A program made the position numbers and the translations under genes. A stretch of DNA of 64,000 nt from an uncultured Ruminococcus sp. (GTDB lineage: Bacteria > Bacillota > Clostridia > Oscillospirales > Ruminococcaceae). The stretch covers positions 3,478 through 67,477 of the forward strand of contig CACWPL010000015.1 in assembly GCA_902762785.1 (NCBI GenBank), read 5' to 3'. Each line of letters begins with the position of its first letter. The stretch's first letter is position 1. The notes below the pieces were generated by a model, which was given only the letters and a program-made list of their open reading frames with translations, searched no databases and had not been told where the DNA came from. Shown one piece after another: positions 61,010-64,000 of the stretch.

Positions 61010-62208
61010 TGGATCAGGAGAAAAAACTCGATTATGATAAGCTGCTGGCCAAGCGCGTGCGCGACCTGAAGCCCTCCGGCATCCGCCGGTTCTTCGACCT
61101 GGCCGCCACGATGGACGACGTGATCAGCCTCGGCGTGGGCGAGCCGGATTTCTCGACCCCGTGGGCGATCCGCAAGGAGGCCATCGACGTGCTCGAGAAG
61201 AAGAAGATCGTCTACACGGCCAATGCCGGTATGGTGCAGCTCCGCGAGTCCATCGCGAAGTACCTCGAGCGCAGCATCTCCACGAAGTACGACCCGGAGC
61301 ACGAGATCGTGGTCACGGTCGGCGGCTCGGAGGCGATCGACATCGCGATCCGTGCGGTGGTCGATCCCGGTGACGAGGTCCTGGTCGTGGAGCCGGCGTT
61401 CGTCTGTTATGCACCCATCGTGGAGATGGCGTGCGGCGTCGCCGTGCCGATCGCGACCCAGGCGAAGAACAAGTTCAAGCTGACGGCCGAGGAGCTGCGT
61501 GCGAAGATCACCGACAAGACCAAGCTCCTCGTGCTGCCCTACCCGAACAACCCCACCGGCGCCATCATGACCCGCGAGGACCTCGAGGCCATCGCGGAGG
61601 TGCTGCGCGGGACGGACATCCTCGTCCTCTCCGACGAGATCTACTGCGAGATGACCTACGGCGGCCGCCGTCACTGCTCCATCGCCCAGATCGAGGGGAT
61701 GCGCGAGCGGACGATCCTCGTCAACGGCTTCTCGAAGTCCTATGCCATGACGGGCTGGCGCCTGGGCTATGTCTGCGCGCCCGCGCCCCTCATCACCCAG
61801 ATCGTCAAGATCCACCAGTACATCATCATGAGCTCGCCGACCGTGAGCCAGTATGCCGCCATCGTCGCGCTCGAGGAGTGCGAGGAGGAGGTCGCCCGCA
61901 TGATCCGCGAGTACGACCTGCGCCGCCGCTACCTCGTGGAGGCGTTCAACCGCATCGGCATGACCTGCTTCGAGCCGGAGGGCGCGTTCTATGTGTTCCC
62001 GTCGATCCAGTGTACGGGGATGACGAGCGAGGAATTCTGCGAGCGTCTGCTCGAGGAGGAGCGCGTGGCCGTGGTGCCGGGCGATGCCTTCGGTGCGAGC
62101 GGCGAGGGCTTTGTGCGCGTGTCGTATGCATACTCCCTCAAGCATCTGATGACCGCCGTGGAGCGCATCACACACTTCCTCGAGCGCCACAAGGGGGCCC
62201 AGGCATGA
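61006..62208 (+). CDS. Class I/II pyridoxal-phosphate aminotransferase (aspartate/aromatic type)
   Basis: NPTGA, SDEIY, PLP-Lys motif GFSKSYAMTGWRLGY; start GTG 61006 or ATG 61009, overlapping the lrp stop. Confidence 0.9.
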   Translation: MMDQEKKLDYDKLLAKRVRDLKPSGIRRFFDLAATMDDVISLGVGEPDFSTPWAIRKEAIDVLEKKKIVYTANAGMVQLRESIAKYLERSISTKYDPEHEIVVTVGGSEAIDIAIRAVVDPGDEVLVVEPAFVCYAPIVEMACGVAVPIATQAKNKFKLTAEELRAKITDKTKLLVLPYPNNPTGAIMTREDLEAIAEVLRGTDILVLSDEIYCEMTYGGRRHCSIAQIEGMRERTILVNGFSKSYAMTGWRLGYVCAPAPLITQIVKIHQYIIMSSPTVSQYAAIVALEECEEEVARMIREYDLRRRYLVEAFNRIGMTCFEPEGAFYVFPSIQCTGMTSEEFCERLLEEERVAVVPGDAFGASGEGFVRVSYAYSLKHLMTAVERITHFLERHKGAQA

Positions 62209-63095
62209 CCACCCTCACGCTGCGATGCCCTGCGAAGATCAATCTGACGCTCGACGTCACCGGCCGCCGCGAGGACGGCTACCACACGCTCGCGAGCATA
62301 TTCCAGAGCGTGGACGTATATGATACATTGACCCTCACCGTCACCGAGGGCACGGGCATCGCGCTCCGCTGCGAGACGCCCGGCGTCCCCTGTGACGAGA
62401 CGAACCTCGCCTGGCGCGCGGCCAAGGCGTTCCTGGATACCACCGGCCTTGCACGCCATGTGGACATCGTCCTCGAGAAGGGCATCCCCTCCGGCGCCGG
62501 TATGGGCGGCGGCTCGGCGGATGCCGCGGGCGTGCTCTGGGGGCTCGACCGGCTCCTGGAGACGCATCTCTCGGACGAGCAGCTCCGCGCTGTCGGCGTG
62601 ACGCTCGGCGCGGACGTCCCGTTCCTCCTGACAGGCGGGACGGCGCTCGCGGAGGGCATCGGGGAGATCCTGAAGCCTCTGCGTCCGCTGCCGACGACGC
62701 TGCCGCTCGTGATCGTCAAGGGCGAGGCGGGCATCTCGACCCCCGCCGCCTACCGCGCGATCGACGCGCTGACCGACCCGCCCCACCCGGATGTCGCCGG
62801 GAACGTGTGGGCGGTGGAGACCCGGCAGACCGACCTGCTGATCGAGACCTGCGGGAATCTCTTCGAGGACGCAGTCGACTGTGCGGACGTCGACCGTGCC
62901 AAGCAGCGTCTGCTGGAGGTCGGGGCGGCGTGTGCTGTCATGACGGGCAGCGGTGCGGCCGTCTTCGGCATCTTCCCCGAGGGGACGGACGATGCGGCGC
63001 TCGAGTCTGCCGCGGAGACTCTCAAGAAGGAGTTCGCCTTCGCACAGGCCGCCCATCCCGCCCCGGAGCGCTTCACGGTCATCCGTGAGGCGTGA
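62205..63095 (+). CDS. ispE: 4-diphosphocytidyl-2-C-methyl-D-erythritol kinase
   Basis: CPAKINLTLDVTGRREDGYH, GHMP motif PSGAGMGGGSADAA; ATGA overlap with the aminotransferase. Confidence 0.94.
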   Translation: MTTLTLRCPAKINLTLDVTGRREDGYHTLASIFQSVDVYDTLTLTVTEGTGIALRCETPGVPCDETNLAWRAAKAFLDTTGLARHVDIVLEKGIPSGAGMGGGSADAAGVLWGLDRLLETHLSDEQLRAVGVTLGADVPFLLTGGTALAEGIGEILKPLRPLPTTLPLVIVKGEAGISTPAAYRAIDALTDPPHPDVAGNVWAVETRQTDLLIETCGNLFEDAVDCADVDRAKQRLLEVGAACAVMTGSGAAVFGIFPEGTDDAALESAAETLKKEFAFAQAAHPAPERFTVIREA

Positions 63096-63130
63096 GAGAC
63101 GTTTTTGATATGACCGAAAGGAGGACATCC

Positions 63131-64000
63131 ATGCATTTGGATCGGCTCACTGCCGGTGTGCTCGGTGTCTTGATGACTGCCACAGCCATCGCACCGCTGC
63201 CGGCCGGAGCAGGCACGACCCTGCATATGCCGCACATCGAAAGTCTCGAGGACTTGGAGGCCATGGTGCGTGCAGGACAGCTCGCTGCCGCAGACGCTGC
63301 GGAGACGACCGCGCCCGTGACCGAGACGACCGTCTCCACGACGACTGCAACGACATCTGCGACGTCCACGACCGCTGAGACCACGACGTCCGCGACGGAG
63401 GGAACGACCGAGGCGACCGAGGAAACGACGTCCGCGGCCGAGGAGACGACCGAGGAGACCGAGACGACTTCCGCCTATCCCGCCCGCTACGACATGCGGG
63501 AGGTCGGCGTGCTCCCGGCAGTCCGCGACCAGGGGAGCTATGGCATGTGCTGGAGCTTTTCGGCGATGGCCTCGCTGGAGAGCGCCATGACTGCGCGCGA
63601 TCCTGCGGTCGACCTGAGCGAGTGGGCGCTGGCGTATCATTGCTATTCGCCGCGCTTTGGCTTCCCGCTCCCGGAGGGCGCGTCCCAAACGGATGCGCTG
63701 CGTCACGGCGGTAATTTCTACATCGCCGCGCCGCTGCTCACGAGCTGGATCGGACCGGCGTCCGAGGCGGCCTATCCCTTCGGGGACTATTCCGTGCTCG
63801 ACCCGAATGCCGAGGCCGATGCCGTCCGCGAGCAGGCGGCCGTCCATGTGACGGACGCGGAGCTGCTCCGCTACCGCATCGGCGGCACGGACGTGGCATC
63901 CTCGACGGACGAGATCAAGAAGGCCGTGACGGAGGGACATGCCGTATCCGTGAGCTTCCTGCGGAATCTGGCTTGCTTCGACAGCAAGAACGATTCCTTT
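63131..64000 (+). CDS. Secreted papain-like (C1 family) cysteine peptidase, 3' end outside window
   Basis: Signal-like N-terminus, Thr/Glu/Ala-rich linker, then RDQGSYGMCWSFSAMASLES (Gln oxyanion and catalytic Cys); frame open to the window end; GGAGG RBS. Confidence 0.8.
   Translation, partial: MHLDRLTAGVLGVLMTATAIAPLPAGAGTTLHMPHIESLEDLEAMVRAGQLAAADAAETTAPVTETTVSTTTATTSATSTTAETTTSATEGTTEATEETTSAAEETTEETETTSAYPARYDMREVGVLPAVRDQGSYGMCWSFSAMASLESAMTARDPAVDLSEWALAYHCYSPRFGFPLPEGASQTDALRHGGNFYIAAPLLTSWIGPASEAAYPFGDYSVLDPNAEADAVREQAAVHVTDAELLRYRIGGTDVASSTDEIKKAVTEGHAVSVSFLRNLACFDSKNDSF

Noticed and set aside
63290-63480. Repetitive acg/gag/gcg DNA, considered as a tandem-repeat locus or mobile repeat
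   Set aside because: It is in frame within the peptidase gene and simply encodes the Thr/Glu/Ala linker. There is no defined repeat unit.

Overview
High-GC Firmicutes/Clostridia-type chromosomal segment, probably a spore-forming, cellulosome-producing Oscillospiraceae/Ruminococcaceae-like organism. This placement is inferred from spoIIID, a dockerin-bearing GH48 and the gene order. The window is densely packed with housekeeping genes: clpP(partial)-clpX-lon-engB, hup, a pyruvate formate-lyase locus, spoIIID plus a Clp ATPase, asnB-HD-pyrB-guaA, trkHA, miaB-mutSL-miaA-hfq, the ylm/sepF/divIVA cell-division cluster, lspA-rluD, split transketolase, an ABC-2/GldG/DUF4340 module, recD2-comFC-mreB-comEA, and ispE. 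I found no rRNA, tRNA, CRISPR array, transposase or integrase. All family assignments come from motif recognition in the supplied translations; no database search was run.

Most noteworthy observations:
1. The pyruvate formate-lyase is encoded in pieces. A PflB lacking its glycyl-radical domain is followed by a 69-aa decayed radical-domain-like ORF and then a free-standing 82-aa glycyl-radical module, all upstream of pflA.
2. A low-GC islet sits against the 3' end of guaA. It carries a nuclease-fold-like 160-aa ORF that starts 4 nt after the guaA stop.
3. An orphan beta-class DNA methyltransferase has a tandemly duplicated, diverged promoter and 5' end.
4. comFC is disrupted, and a small ORF in the long transketolase leader is also disrupted.
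5. PyrB is fused to a PyrI zinc domain.
6. The GH48-dockerin cellulase has a perfect consensus promoter and a codon bias like that of hup.

The many long antisense ORFs in the track are GC-rich shadow frames.
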